A program made the translations under genes and the position numbers. A stretch of 64,000 bases of DNA. It comes from Eledone cirrhosa (lineage: Eukaryota). Positions within the stretch are counted from its first letter, which is position 1; every line of letters begins with the position of its first letter. Location: assembly GCA_964016885.1 (NCBI GenBank), contig OZ024749.1, forward strand, positions 46,438,001-46,502,000. The letters are read 5' to 3'. The notes under the pieces were generated by a model. The model was given only the letters and a program-made list of their open reading frames with translations, was not told where the DNA came from and did not search any database. Shown in pieces: positions 14,680-27,856 of this stretch.

Positions 14680-14940
14680 ATTTGGAATGAGGGGGAAAGT
14701 CGATTAAATCGACACCAGTACGTTATTGATGCTTTATTTTATCGACCCCATAAGGATGAAAGGCAACGTTTACCTCGGAGGGATTTTACAGTCTGATTTC
14801 AAATCCTGCCGAGGTTAACGTTGCCTCTCATCCTTACAGGGTCGATAAATTAAAGCACCAGTAACGTACTGGGGACGATTCAATCAGCTTTCCCTTCCCT
14901 CCAAATTACCGGCCTTGTTCCTATACTAGAATTCATTATT
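14680..14940. mobile_element. Two partial SINE copies in inverted orientation
   Basis: Minus-strand fragment 14680-14788 abuts a plus-strand fragment 14792-14940. Confidence 0.75.
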
Positions 14941-14949
14941 ACTACATTG

Positions 14950-15143
14950 AGGGCGGTGGATTGGCAGTATTGGTAGAGGGTCGGACGCCATGCTTTGACG
15001 TATAGAGTTACGGCCATTGCCATTCTGAGTTCAAATCCCGCCAAGGTTAACTTTGCCTTTCATCCTTACGGGGTCGATAAGATAAATTACCAGTAATGCA
15101 CTGGGTAATTGCTGGCCTTGTGCCTAACGTAGAAACAATTATT
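14950..15143 (+). mobile_element. tRNA-derived SINE with TSD
   Basis: Full consensus; attattactacattg duplicated on both sides. Confidence 0.92.
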
Positions 15144-15806
15144 ACTACATTGTTCGCTTCTCCAAAGCCGCTCTAAAATCTAAATCTATTTCAGAAGATG
15201 TATTTGACGGTGACAGTCTTCGTTATTAAATTCTTATTGGTGAAACATTTTCCTTATTTCGTTCTTATACATATTCCTCTTTTACTCAGCTTTGATGAGG
15301 CTTGAAACAGAAACGTCAACTCCTTCCCCTTTCCTTTAATTCCATGATTCTATTTACATTGAACATGTTCTTAATTATATCTTATACAGTAATGGATATT
15401 TGGTACTTGGTATGTAGAGACATTTAACGTAATGTGTGATGATAAAATATGTGTGCATTTGTAATTGTATAATTAAATGCTTAAATTACACAACATAATA
15501 GAAATAAAGTATATGTACACTTATAATTAAATATATAATGTTATAGCATTCTATATTAGGGATTATATTATTGCACATATGGCATATCTACTAACGTGGA
15601 GTGGCTGTGACATATATTTTACGAGAATTGTACACTCACGCATATTTATAGGTATGTTTATTTAAATACATCTCTATAATACATGCATATATATTTATAT
15701 ATGGAAATATAGCTACATATATGTATACATGCATATATATATATATGTACATATATATATATACATAAATATATATATATATATATATATACTTATATAT
15801 AAATAC

Positions 15807-15898
<92 letters not shown>

Positions 15899-16373
15899 AT
15901 ATATAAATAAATATATATATATATATATATAATATAAAAATGTCTTCCTTGTTCGATCATCATACCAAAAGCTTAACATTATTTGTCTAAGCAGACAGTA
16001 CTTGATTTAGGAGTTGCAGAAACCCAATACTGGATATTACCAGCCTTCCAGGGGTCCGGGTATAATTTTCAATCATATTTTATTTTGTTTGACCCGAATT
16101 ACTTGGTCGTTTCTATGGCTGTGCGGATAATGGTTTAACCATCGTCTCAGTGTGTTTGGCCTTTTAACTTATGTTGTTGCTCTAGTTCACTAGCTACTAT
16201 GGAGCGCTTGCCACACATCTCGGAAGTTGTTTTTCGCTAATTTCCATTAGCCGAAATACGATTCTAGCTAATTTATATATATATATAATATATGTGTACA
16301 TATATATGTGCATGCATACATATATATAGGTAGGTATATTTGCATATATAAATATATATGCATGTATTATAGA

Positions 16374-16555
16374 GTGGATTGACAGTATCGGTAGAGGGTC
16401 GGACGTCATGCTTTGACGCATAGAGTTACGGCCCTTTCCATTTTGAGTTCAAATCCAGCCGAGATCAACTTTGCCTTTCATCCTTACGGGGTCGATAAAA
16501 TACCAATAATGTACTGGGTAATTGCTGGCCTTGTGCCAAAAGTAGAAACAATTAT
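16374..16555 (+). mobile_element. tRNA-derived SINE
   Basis: B-box gagttcaaatcc, central domain and 3' gaaacaatta; attataga flanks both sides. Confidence 0.9.
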
Positions 16556-16734
16556 AGAAATGTATTTATATAAACATACCTATAAATATACGTGAGTGTT
16601 TGTGCCCCCCTCTCTCCCCCTCTCTCTCGTAAAACGTAAAAAAATGTTTTACAAGTGAAATTGTCATGTTCATTTACGGAGACTACATTCGAACACATTT
16701 ATATATACATATATATATATATATATGTGTGGGT

Positions 16735-16866
<132 letters not shown>

Positions 16867-17559
16867 TCAATAAGGCTGAATAGTGAGGCTTCTTGCACTG
16901 GATTTCATATATTCTTCCATACACAAATACACAGACACGTATATTTATATACGTGTCTGTTTATTTGTGAATGGAAGAATATATTTGTCTCTACAGATCT
17001 CGTGAAGAGCTAATAACCACATTTGGTTGTAAAATACTCTGATAAACTCGCATGAACATCTTCATAGCAAACCAATCAAGCAAGCAAGCAACCGCCATTC
17101 CTAAAATATTCTCTAGTCTATGTAAAATCTGATTCACCTTCACTTGTTTCTGAACTAAATATATAAATATTTTTGCTTGAACATGAAAACAGTTACAAAC
17201 TTTTATATCTCTTAGAAACTTAATGCCTCCAACTGGTTTTAGTAGTAAAATTTGTTAGAAATATAAAATAAAACACTAAAATATGTTGTGTTTATTTATG
17301 TTTACGAAATGTGAGTACTTAATACGAATGTTATAGTTAAAGGGCAATATTTGTCTATCTATCTATCTACCGCTCTCACATATCTTCTTTCTCATGTTTT
17401 TTTCTCTATATATATATGTAGGTATGCATCACACACACACACACACAGACACATATATATGCATGGGTATTTATACATACATATACAAACATACACACAC
17501 ATACACATTTATATATATATAACCCATCTGCAAACCACGCAGTATTCTTCTTTATTCAC

Positions 17560-17675
<116 letters not shown>

Positions 17676-17803
17676 CATATATTTATATATATACAATAGT
17701 TACAGCCATAGAGAAAGATGCCATTGCATAAAATCTTGCATAGATTCACAGACACAACCACGCTGGCACACACACACACAATCACACAAATATATGCATG
17801 CGT

Positions 17804-17842
<39 letters not shown>

Positions 17843-17879
17843 CATACGCACACACACATATACACACACACACGCACAC

Positions 17880-17910
<31 letters not shown>

Positions 17911-18302
17911 CATACATATATATTCAACTTTTGGTAATTATGTACTTGACAAAGTTAATCCAAGAATTAAGAAAGGAAAAAAGTACACCATAAACTCCAT
18001 TCAGCTAAACAAGACATCGTGGCTTTAAGCGAATGATGGGTGTATGTGTGTATGTGTGTATATATGCTTGCATTTGTAAATTAAGTATGTGTGTACGTAT
18101 AATGGTATCTATCTTGAAATATGTACGTGTATGTGTGTGTATATCTATATATCTGTTTGAATGTGTGGAATTGCATTAGTGTATGTATCCCATGTTTATC
18201 AATATTTTCCCTCTGTGTGTATAGGTATATATATATATTTAGATATATACACAAACAGGCAGAGATAGTTATATACGTAAACTCTCACCCAATAAAACAT
18301 AT

Positions 18303-18376
<74 letters not shown>

Positions 18377-18985
18377 TTATATATATATATATATACATGT
18401 TTACTTATTGCATACACAGACATACGTACCTACATATATATACATACATACACACATATAAATATTTATATATAAAGAAACGTTCATCAATACATCTTAA
18501 ATATGGGAACATATGTGGACGTATGTGAGTGTTATGCATATGTATTTGCATAAGCATTTATCTTTTCTGACTTCGACTTCAGAATACGTCATATATGTTT
18601 GAAAAAAAAATTCTCTGAATATTTAGATTCCGTTACCCTTTACTTGATCATTTTTTGAAAATAATATATAGTTTTTAGGTTGCTGATACTGACAAAGATA
18701 TATCACACCATCCACAACGTCGCTATTCTTATATGCATAGCAATGATAAAAGACAGTGTAACACAAAGCCCCAGCACAGCACTTGATTTATAATTGTTAA
18801 TTCCATTTAAATATTTAATAGAAATTCAAAGGCTGGAACGCGAAGCGAAACATCGCAGGGCAGTATATAGAACTGATAGGGAATCTTTCCTTTTGTCTCT
18901 ACTGAACAGTTTGTTTGATTCAATATTTAAATCTCTCATATGGTAAGATGAAGAAGATAAACAAATACATATAGTATATATATAT

Positions 18986-19088
<103 letters not shown>

Positions 19089-19190
19089 TATATATATAAG
19101 AGCAAAGACAACCTAAATCAATAAAAAAATATCCCCACACAAGCCAAAATCCAGCAAACCCTCACAATGAACGCTACACAATTTGCCTCC

Positions 19191-19221
<31 letters not shown>

Positions 19222-19252
19222 AATGTTTATATATATATATATATATATAAAT

Positions 19253-19308
<56 letters not shown>

Positions 19309-19328
19309 GTATATATATATATATATAT

Positions 19329-19585
<257 letters not shown>

Positions 19586-20096
19586 ACATCCAACAATGAA
19601 TAACGCATTACTTTTCAATTATTCCACCTATCCATTGCTCGAGGAATGACAATTTTTAATGAACCAGCAAAGCTGAAATGCCAAGTTGAACTCAGTGGGA
19701 TTTCAACGTAGAGGGTGGAGAGTGCGATCAAAGAGGTATTTAATCCAATGCTCTATTGACTTTGCCTATTCGCCAGCTTCCGCTTCAACACAAAAAGAAA
19801 AATCTCTATAAAACTTGAGTTTTTTTATGTCATTTATTTATTTAAATTGTTAAGCATTTTTTTTATTTACCTTTGCTCATTCAAGTATATTATTTAAAAA
19901 ATTCCTAATGGAGTCCAATTAAAAGATGTTCAGTGTGAGGTCAAACGATGGTATAATATGTTAATTCTCTCTCTCTCTCTCTATATATATATATCTATAT
20001 CTATATATATATATAATTACTAACAAAATATGAAGAAAAAATAAACAAAAATATGCATATTTTTTCATCAAAGAAATGAATCTTTGTGTGTATTTC

Positions 20097-20158
<62 letters not shown>

Positions 20159-21598
20159 ATATTAATAAATGGAAACTATATTTATAAAACCATATTTATT
20201 TTATTATACATATTTCAAGGGCAACCAAGGCAAATTATGGTGCGCTTTCATCATATAAAATACATATTTGTTTTATAAATACATATTGACATACCCGGAA
20301 ATAAAGATAACCTTAACGGTTGGAGCTTCCTGGATAGTGGATTTATTGAGGGTGATACAAAATTATGAGTGAGTATGCAAATGGGTGTCCGAAAGGTTGA
20401 AAAGATAACGGTTTATTTAAATTAAACTGTTGGAAGAAGGTGATATGTAAGGGAGAGAGAAAAAAGAAAAAAAGAAAAAAAAGAAAGGAGAAAGATAGAA
20501 GAGGAAAGAAAGAATTGATAGTGAAAATAGAGTGCTTAAAGCGATGAGTTTCAAAGGATAAGTATATCTAAGTGTGAGAAGAGATGAGAAAAACGCGGAA
20601 GAATAATATTTATAATGCAGGATTCATTACGTTTTGATTATAATACTTATAATGATAGGTTGAAAAATTAGATTAAAATTAAATTAAAATAAAAAAAATT
20701 AGAAATCAAAATTAAAGATTAAAATTTACCTTAATATTAAAGATTTTATTTAATAATTTAATATTAATAATTAGTTTAAATGTGTATGTTAAGGATTATA
20801 AATTATTTAAATAGACATATAGTATTTTACATTAGAACAAATCTAGTATAGTTGAATTTATTAAAAGTTGTAAGTCAAAAATTTAATTTAATTTAATTTA
20901 AAAATTTAAACATCCAAATAATTCTAAATTCATGAAAAATTTACGAGCGTTTACAAAGGAATAACCACTTAGTTATATTATAAAAACAGTAAGGAAGTAT
21001 TAAGGAAGTTAGAAGTGATTTGTTAACAACTTAGTTGACTCTAAGGATTAAATGTTATAAAGTTAAAAAGTTAAACATTTTTTATCTTAAGAATATCATT
21101 AAAACATGAACCATGTTATTTTATATGAAGTCATATATTTACTTGCTATAAAGTTAAAACATTTAACAAATTTATCTTAAGAATATATTTAAAGCATAAA
21201 CCATAGGTTATTCCACATATATATAAAAAAACCTATATATAAAAATCATGTTTTTCCACATATATATAAACATTTGGATACATATATTAAAAACGTTTGA
21301 AGATAAATAAAATATAAAAATATAAAAATATTGGAAGGTATGAAAATAATGGTTTTTCTATATCTTTCAAAGGAATTTTCAAAAGATTTTTCTTAAAACC
21401 TTCCGTAAGTTTTTCAATAAAAAAATTTCCTTAAAGGGGTTTCAAGCAGTCTTATAAAAAAATATTATAATCTATCGATATGTGTAATAAAATAAAGTAT
21501 ATAGTATATATATATATATGTGAAGTAGAGATAATAGAAAGTAAATTAAATATATGAATCATATATAGATATAGAAGACATTATGTAAAAGAGATAAA

Positions 21599-22005
21599 TC
21601 ACATATTACATTTTATATATTTAAAAGTTGAGTTTAAACGATGTTTGCAGGAACTGAATAATTTATTACGCAAATTAATAGAGTTCTTACTTTTTAGTAT
21701 AAAGAATATTTCTTCAGCACAAAGAGAGCAATGTTGGGATAAAGCAGTGTATGAAGGAGCTTTGGAAATCATTTTCCAAAGTAAAGAATAGTTAATATTC
21801 TTGGATTTCAAGTCCCATAATAAGTTAGATAGAGAAGTTGAATATTTTTTACTAATATTCGTAAAGGAACATTTATGGTTATTAAAACGAGATTTGAAGT
21901 CTGTGGAAGTAGAGCCGACATAGTTAAAGGAATTTTCATTTGTTTTGACATTACAATAATATACTATATTTTTAACTAAACAATTATTATCTAGAGTACA
22001 ATTAG
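21599..22005 (-). pseudogene. PLE GIY-YIG endonuclease C-terminal fragment
   Basis: C..NIVYYCNV..YVGSTSTDFKSRFNNHKCSF..CSLCAEE, homologous to the C-terminus of the 27857-28948 ORF; truncated at the inversion junction. Confidence 0.88.
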
Positions 22006-22023
22006 ATTTATAAAACAAATCTG

Positions 22024-22089
22024 TATTTTATCTGATGAAAACGCCCCATAATATGCCTTGGTTGCCCTTGAAATATGTATAATAAAATA
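22024..22089 (+). ncRNA. Minimal type I hammerhead ribozyme in PLE pLTR (helix II decayed)
   Basis: TATTTTAT-CTGATGA-[helix II]-GAAA-TATGTA-TA-ATAAAATA: perfect 8-bp helix I, AUA triplet, quasi-palindromic helix III. Confidence 0.7.
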
Positions 22090-22419
22090 AATATGGTTTT
22101 ATAAATATAGTTTCCATTTATTAATATATTGTGTATTTACTCCAATAAACTGTTGAGTGCTTTATATCAGTAATAACCATTTTTAAGCTTGTTGAATCCC
22201 AACAAATTAAATATAACCTCTGCATATATACAGTTGAAAATTGCAAACTTGACTGTAACCACACATTATGAACCTGAAGATTGCGAAAGCATGAAAGTAC
22301 TTGTTCAATTAACACTTAACATTTAATATTCTATCATACTATTTCATTATAATACCATTATACATTTTAAAGGATTGTAAATAAAACGAGTAAATCAGAC
22401 AAAGTTTGAATTCCTCTTA

Positions 22420-22475
<56 letters not shown>

Positions 22476-22483
22476 GTGTGTGT

Positions 22484-22519
<36 letters not shown>

Positions 22520-24413
22520 ACTTATCACACTTTGTGAGCAATTACCTCGTGAGATACAGGTTAAGAAAAGGGTAAATACTGGCTGTGCGCATTTCTAACA
22601 GTGAGAATGACAAGACACTAATTGGCGCATTTTCATTTTATTGATCCCTACAATAGTAAAATGAATCTTCTGGTCCACACAAAACACTGGTGTAAATAGA
22701 GCAAAGCAAAAGAAGCATAGTCTCTTGTCTGCTGCATTATATATGAGAATAAACTATCTCTCTATGTCCCAGCCCAATTAATGGCTTCTAACGTTGATAC
22801 AAAATAAACGTTTTATTGACGGGAACAGTCAATTAGGTTACACATGATATTTCTCTGGTTTGATTTTTTTTTTTCATTTTCAACCCTGGAACGATAAATC
22901 GCAAAGTCATAAGATCCCGTTATACATCTAATGATATACATCTAATGAACATCTATGATTTTAATGAATTTTATATATGGTGATATATAATAGAAATAAG
23001 GATATCTTTGAAAAATACATATAACAAACCCTAGAAAGGAAATATATACTAAATAAATGTAAATGACATAGTAAACACCAATAAATGAAATCTCAGAAAG
23101 CAATATATACCTCACAACATACTTCATCACAGAGAATATAACAAACAAACAAACAAACAAAGGTCTACTCAATACAATATGACTGATTACACATAGAATA
23201 AATAAACATTTACAACCGAATGACAGTACGTCAACAATTGAGGCGTTCAATAGAGATTATATAAAGAAAAAAAAAACACAGATTCATTTTTAAATGATCA
23301 AAACGTAAAACTGAAGGTGTAGCTTGTAAAAGTCTCTATAAAAACAGCCAGTCAAATACGAATCCACAAGAAAAAAATATCGAGTAAATATATATACTTC
23401 TTAATATATATATCCAAAATTAAATGGACTCGACTGCTATTTCTAGCTGTCTATAATCCTATTCACGCCATTGGAATGACGCTGTGCGATGTGTGTATTT
23501 AAAAAAAATGCAACACGTGGTTCGAGTCATTCACAGATTTGCATTTGCTTTGTAAACGCAGATAGTTATTTTCTTCTCCTTTGGTGACCATCCAGGATTT
23601 GACTACTGTGATTTACTGATTAATTGGTGAAATATATTTTTTAATTAAAGAAATATATACAAAGGAGATTAATCATTTTAAAAGGTATATTTGAAGTTCT
23701 AGTTAAACTTTAATTGGTTACCTACCTAGCTATGTGTGTTTACATTCTTTACAAATTATTCCCTGTGATTGTTCAATATGTTTATTTTATATATATATAT
23801 GTCAATCTATTTCTAGTTGATACTTCTTAATATATATACTTCTTAAAACAGATTACAATCAGATAACATTGAGCATCACCTATCATAATAAATACAAAAC
23901 ACAAGAGAACATAATAAAATCACTGAACATTGATAAATGTTAAATGCTTAAGTAAAACTATGAAATAGCAAAACTATGAAATAGCAACATGACAAAAGAT
24001 TTGACGAAAGAATATCCCTGGAAACAAATCCAAATATCAACAAGCTGTTTGAATTAATCCTGCTTAGGCGTTGTAGTATCTAAGGAAAAGACAGTTAATT
24101 TTAAGTGATTAGGCATCTTGTTAGCGAAAACTACAAAACGAAAACAGTTCTATATGAAGAATATATATTACATAGAAATATATTACACACAATATGAACA
24201 CAAACAGACAAGGAACAAATATCTATTTTAACTTAGCAATACGTGCAATGCTAATACTGGCAATGTAAAAAAGGAATGAATGAACAAATAAATGGACCAA
24301 ACAATACGCCGATGCGTTTGTTGTTAGGCTTAGAGATTTATAGTAAATGGAGAAGGTAGAAGAAAAAATATTGATTTGTGAAATTGTCCTTTTTCCAGTC
24401 GTATAGTTTATAC

Positions 24414-24641
<228 letters not shown>

Positions 24642-24902
24642 TATATATATATAAACGGAAAAAATGAAACGATATTTCATTTCCCACTCTTAGTACGGCT
24701 GTTACTTAAATATAAGTATGTACACGTACATACATATATGCATACCGACGTACAGTAGTATGTATATATATATATATACATACATGCACACATATATATA
24801 TGCACGTATGGATTCACCGAACATTTATTATAATGCTCGGTGTGTTTGTAAACAAACATCCCGTATTAAGCCGTAGTGTCTAGCAACCACCGTTGCTCGT
24901 TT

Positions 24903-24989
24903 GTTCAACACTGACAAAGGAACGCTGTACTAGTTTCAAGCTTGTTAGCTATCGTCAGCAACGTATACCTTCCTGCCAGATGGTTGAAC
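24903..24989 (-). ncRNA. Type I hammerhead ribozyme (monomer 1)
   Basis: Reverse complement of 26501-26587. Confidence 0.9.
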
Positions 24990-25326
24990 GTATATACTTA
25001 CCTTATGCATATTAACGGCTGAGTAGCCCAATATGCATATCGAGTGGGTTAATCGGCCGGGTGCACCGAAAACGATAAACGGAAAAAATGAAACGATATT
25101 TCATTTCCCACTCTTAGTACGGCTGTTACTTAAATATAAGTATGTACACGTACATACATATATGCATACCGACGTACAGTAGTATGTATATATATATATA
25201 TACATACATGCACACATATATATATGCACGTATGGATTCACCGAACATTTATTATAATGCTCGGTGTGTTTGTAAACAAACATCCCGTATTAAGCCGTAG
25301 TGTCTAGCAACCACCGTTGCTCGTTT

Positions 25327-25413
25327 GTTCAACACTGACAAAGGAACGCTGTACTAGTTTCAAGCTTGTTAGCTATCGTCAGCAACGTATACCTTCCTGC
25401 CAGATGGTTGAAC
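25327..25413 (-). ncRNA. Type I hammerhead ribozyme (monomer 2)
   Basis: Copy at +424. Confidence 0.9.
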
Positions 25414-25750
25414 GTATATACTTACCTTATGCATATTAACGGCTGAGTAGCCCAATATGCATATCGAGTGGGTTAATCGGCCGGGTGCACCGAAAACGAT
25501 AAACGGAAAAAATGAAACGATATTTCATTTCCCACTCTTAGTACGGCTGTTACTTAAATATAAGTATGTACACGTACATACATATATGCATACCGACGTA
25601 CAGTAGTATGTATATATATATATATACATACATGCACACATATATATATGCACGTATGGATTCACCGAACATTTATTATAATGCTCGGTGTGTTTGTAAA
25701 CAAACATCCCGTATTAAGCCGTAGTGTCTAGCAACCACCGTTGCTCGTTT

Positions 25751-25837
25751 GTTCAACACTGACAAAGGAACGCTGTACTAGTTTCAAGCTTGTTAGCTAT
25801 CGTCAGCAACGTATACCTTCCTGCCAGATGGTTGAAC
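25751..25837 (-). ncRNA. Type I hammerhead ribozyme (monomer 3)
   Basis: Copy at +848. Confidence 0.9.
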
Positions 25838-26174
25838 GTATATACTTACCTTATGCATATTAACGGCTGAGTAGCCCAATATGCATATCGAGTGGGTTAA
25901 TCGGCCGGGTGCACCGAAAACGATAAACGGAAAAAATGAAACGATATTTCATTTCCCACTCTTAGTACGGCTGTTACTTAAATATAAGTATGTACACGTA
26001 CATACATATATGCATACCGACGTACAGTAGTATGTATATATATATATATACATACATGCACACATATATATATGCACGTATGGATTCACCGAACATTTAT
26101 TATAATGCTCGGTGTGTTTGTAAACAAACATCCCGTATTAAGCCGTAGTGTCTAGCAACCACCGTTGCTCGTTT

Positions 26175-26261
26175 GTTCAACACTGACAAAGGAACGCTGT
26201 ACTAGTTTCAAGCTTGTTAGCTATCGTCAGCAACGTATACCTTCCTGCCAGATGGTTGAAC
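26175..26261 (-). ncRNA. Type I hammerhead ribozyme (monomer 4)
   Basis: Copy at +1272. Confidence 0.9.
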
Positions 26262-26500
26262 GTATATACTTACCTTATGCATATTAACGGCTGAGTAGCC
26301 CAATATGCATATCGAGTGGGTTAATCGGCCGGGTGCACCGAAAACGATACTTATATTTAAGTAACAGCCGTACTAAGAGTGGGAAATGAAATATCGTTTC
26401 ATTTTTTCCGTTTATCGTTTTCGGTGCACCCGGCCGATTAACCCACTCGATATGCATATTGGGCTACTCAGCCGTTAATATGCATAAGGTAAGTATATAC

Positions 26501-26587
26501 GTTCAACCATCTGGCAGGAAGGTATACGTTGCTGACGATAGCTAACAAGCTTGAAACTAGTACAGCGTTCCTTTGTCAGTGTTGAAC
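26501..26587 (+). ncRNA. Type I hammerhead ribozyme (inverted monomer)
   Basis: ACGTTG-CTGACGA(26532-38)-T-AGCT-AACA-AGCT-T-GAAA(26553-56)-CTAGTA-CAGCGT; predicted cleavage after GUA at 26562. Helix I is extended by GGAA/TTCC, CTGGCA/TGTCAG and GTTCAAC/GTTGAAC. Confidence 0.92.
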
Positions 26588-26773
26588 AAACGAGCAACGG
26601 TGGTTGCTAGACACTACGGCTTAATACGGGATGTTTGTTTACAAACACACCGAGCATTATAATAAATGTTCGGTGAATCCATACGTGCATATATATATGT
26701 GTGCATGTATGTATATATATATATATACATACTACTGTACGTCGGTATGCATATATGTATGTACGTGTACATA

Positions 26774-26849
<76 letters not shown>

Positions 26850-26862
26850 TTTATTAAAATAA

Positions 26863-26936
26863 CAGATTAAAGTTTAAGCAAAGAATCGCTGCTTTCACCC
26901 TTAACGGGATCTTCTGAAACTAACAAAGTCAATCTG
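26863..26936 (-). ncRNA. Variant hammerhead-like motif in PLE 3' end
   Basis: AGTTT-CAGAAGA-TCCC-GTTAA-GGGT-GAAAGCA..TGCTT-AAACT with distal CAGATT/AATCTG pairing; the core has U4->A and a CUU triplet. Confidence 0.5.
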
Positions 26937-27856
26937 TAAACGCAGAACTGGATATTTCAAAAAACGTTGCAACCGGAGGAAGACAGGAAGACGATACTTT
27001 GGTTCGTGGTAACGTTCGCTGGCAAAGAACGGGAAAAAAACGAATAATACGTCATTAATAGGAGCGGTGAAAAACAATTACGCGCAAAGACAAAACCACG
27101 TTTATGGTATAAAAGAGGTCGTAGACTAATGTTCTCTTAGGTGGTACATAGAGACGTTCTCTGGCAATGAACGAAAACACGAAGATAATAAGTCATATGT
27201 GGAGCGTGGAGAACAATAGCACGCAAAGACAAAACCACGTAAATGGTATAGTAGAAATCGTAGACTAACATTCTAACTAGGAGACCAAATGAATCGCCGC
27301 TACAGAGTTAAGAACAAAGTAAATAAATACAATACAGAAGTAATAGAAACAAATAAATACATACACGCAAACAGATACGTACATACACAAGCATACGCAA
27401 AACCTTACCATGGGTATACAAAACCACGCACACATAAATATGTGTGTGTGTGTATGCTTGTGTACAAATAAATAAATAATTATATAAACGTATATAAGTA
27501 AATAAATACGTATATAACAAGCGCACACGCATACCTACATATAAATACACGAATGTTCGGAGACGTAAGTCAACTAAAACAAGAAGTACACATATACACA
27601 CGCCCACCATACGTACGAACCTGCACACTCACGCGGACGCAAAACTCCCGTATACACATAGCCAAACCCTAAATACCAGAATATGTAAAAATTATACGCT
27701 ATAACAGTTAAATATACGTACGAGAAGGTATACATAGCTTCACAAAACATACGGGTGATAATACCTACCTATGCAAATAAGTAAAGGAATAAACAAAACA
27801 TATACTTAGCTCCCACATCAAGACGTAAAATATCCACGTATAGATCGTGCTATCCG

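Larger units (their letters stand above)
20154..22228 (-). mobile_element. 5'-truncated Penelope-like element (family A) with inverted pseudo-LTRs
   Basis: GIY-YIG ORF fragment; 20154-20280 is the inverted copy of 22006-22132; hammerhead motif in the pLTR; the plus arm extends to about 22228 (homologous to 32711-32795). Confidence 0.85.
24651..26780. mobile_element. Non-LTR retrozyme array: 4 tandem 424-bp monomers (ribozyme on minus strand) plus 1 inverted monomer (plus strand)
   Basis: Units start at 24651, 25075, 25499 and 25923; inversion junction at 26347-26349; inverted arm 26347-26780; a hammerhead in each unit; both ends in (TA)n; no meaningful ORF. Confidence 0.9.

Noticed and set aside
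24677-24859. Repeated 60-aa [13 protein letters not shown].. in each 424-bp monomer
   Set aside because: Short, runs through TA/CA-rich hairpin sequence and has no recognisable motif; the RNA structure explains the sequence.
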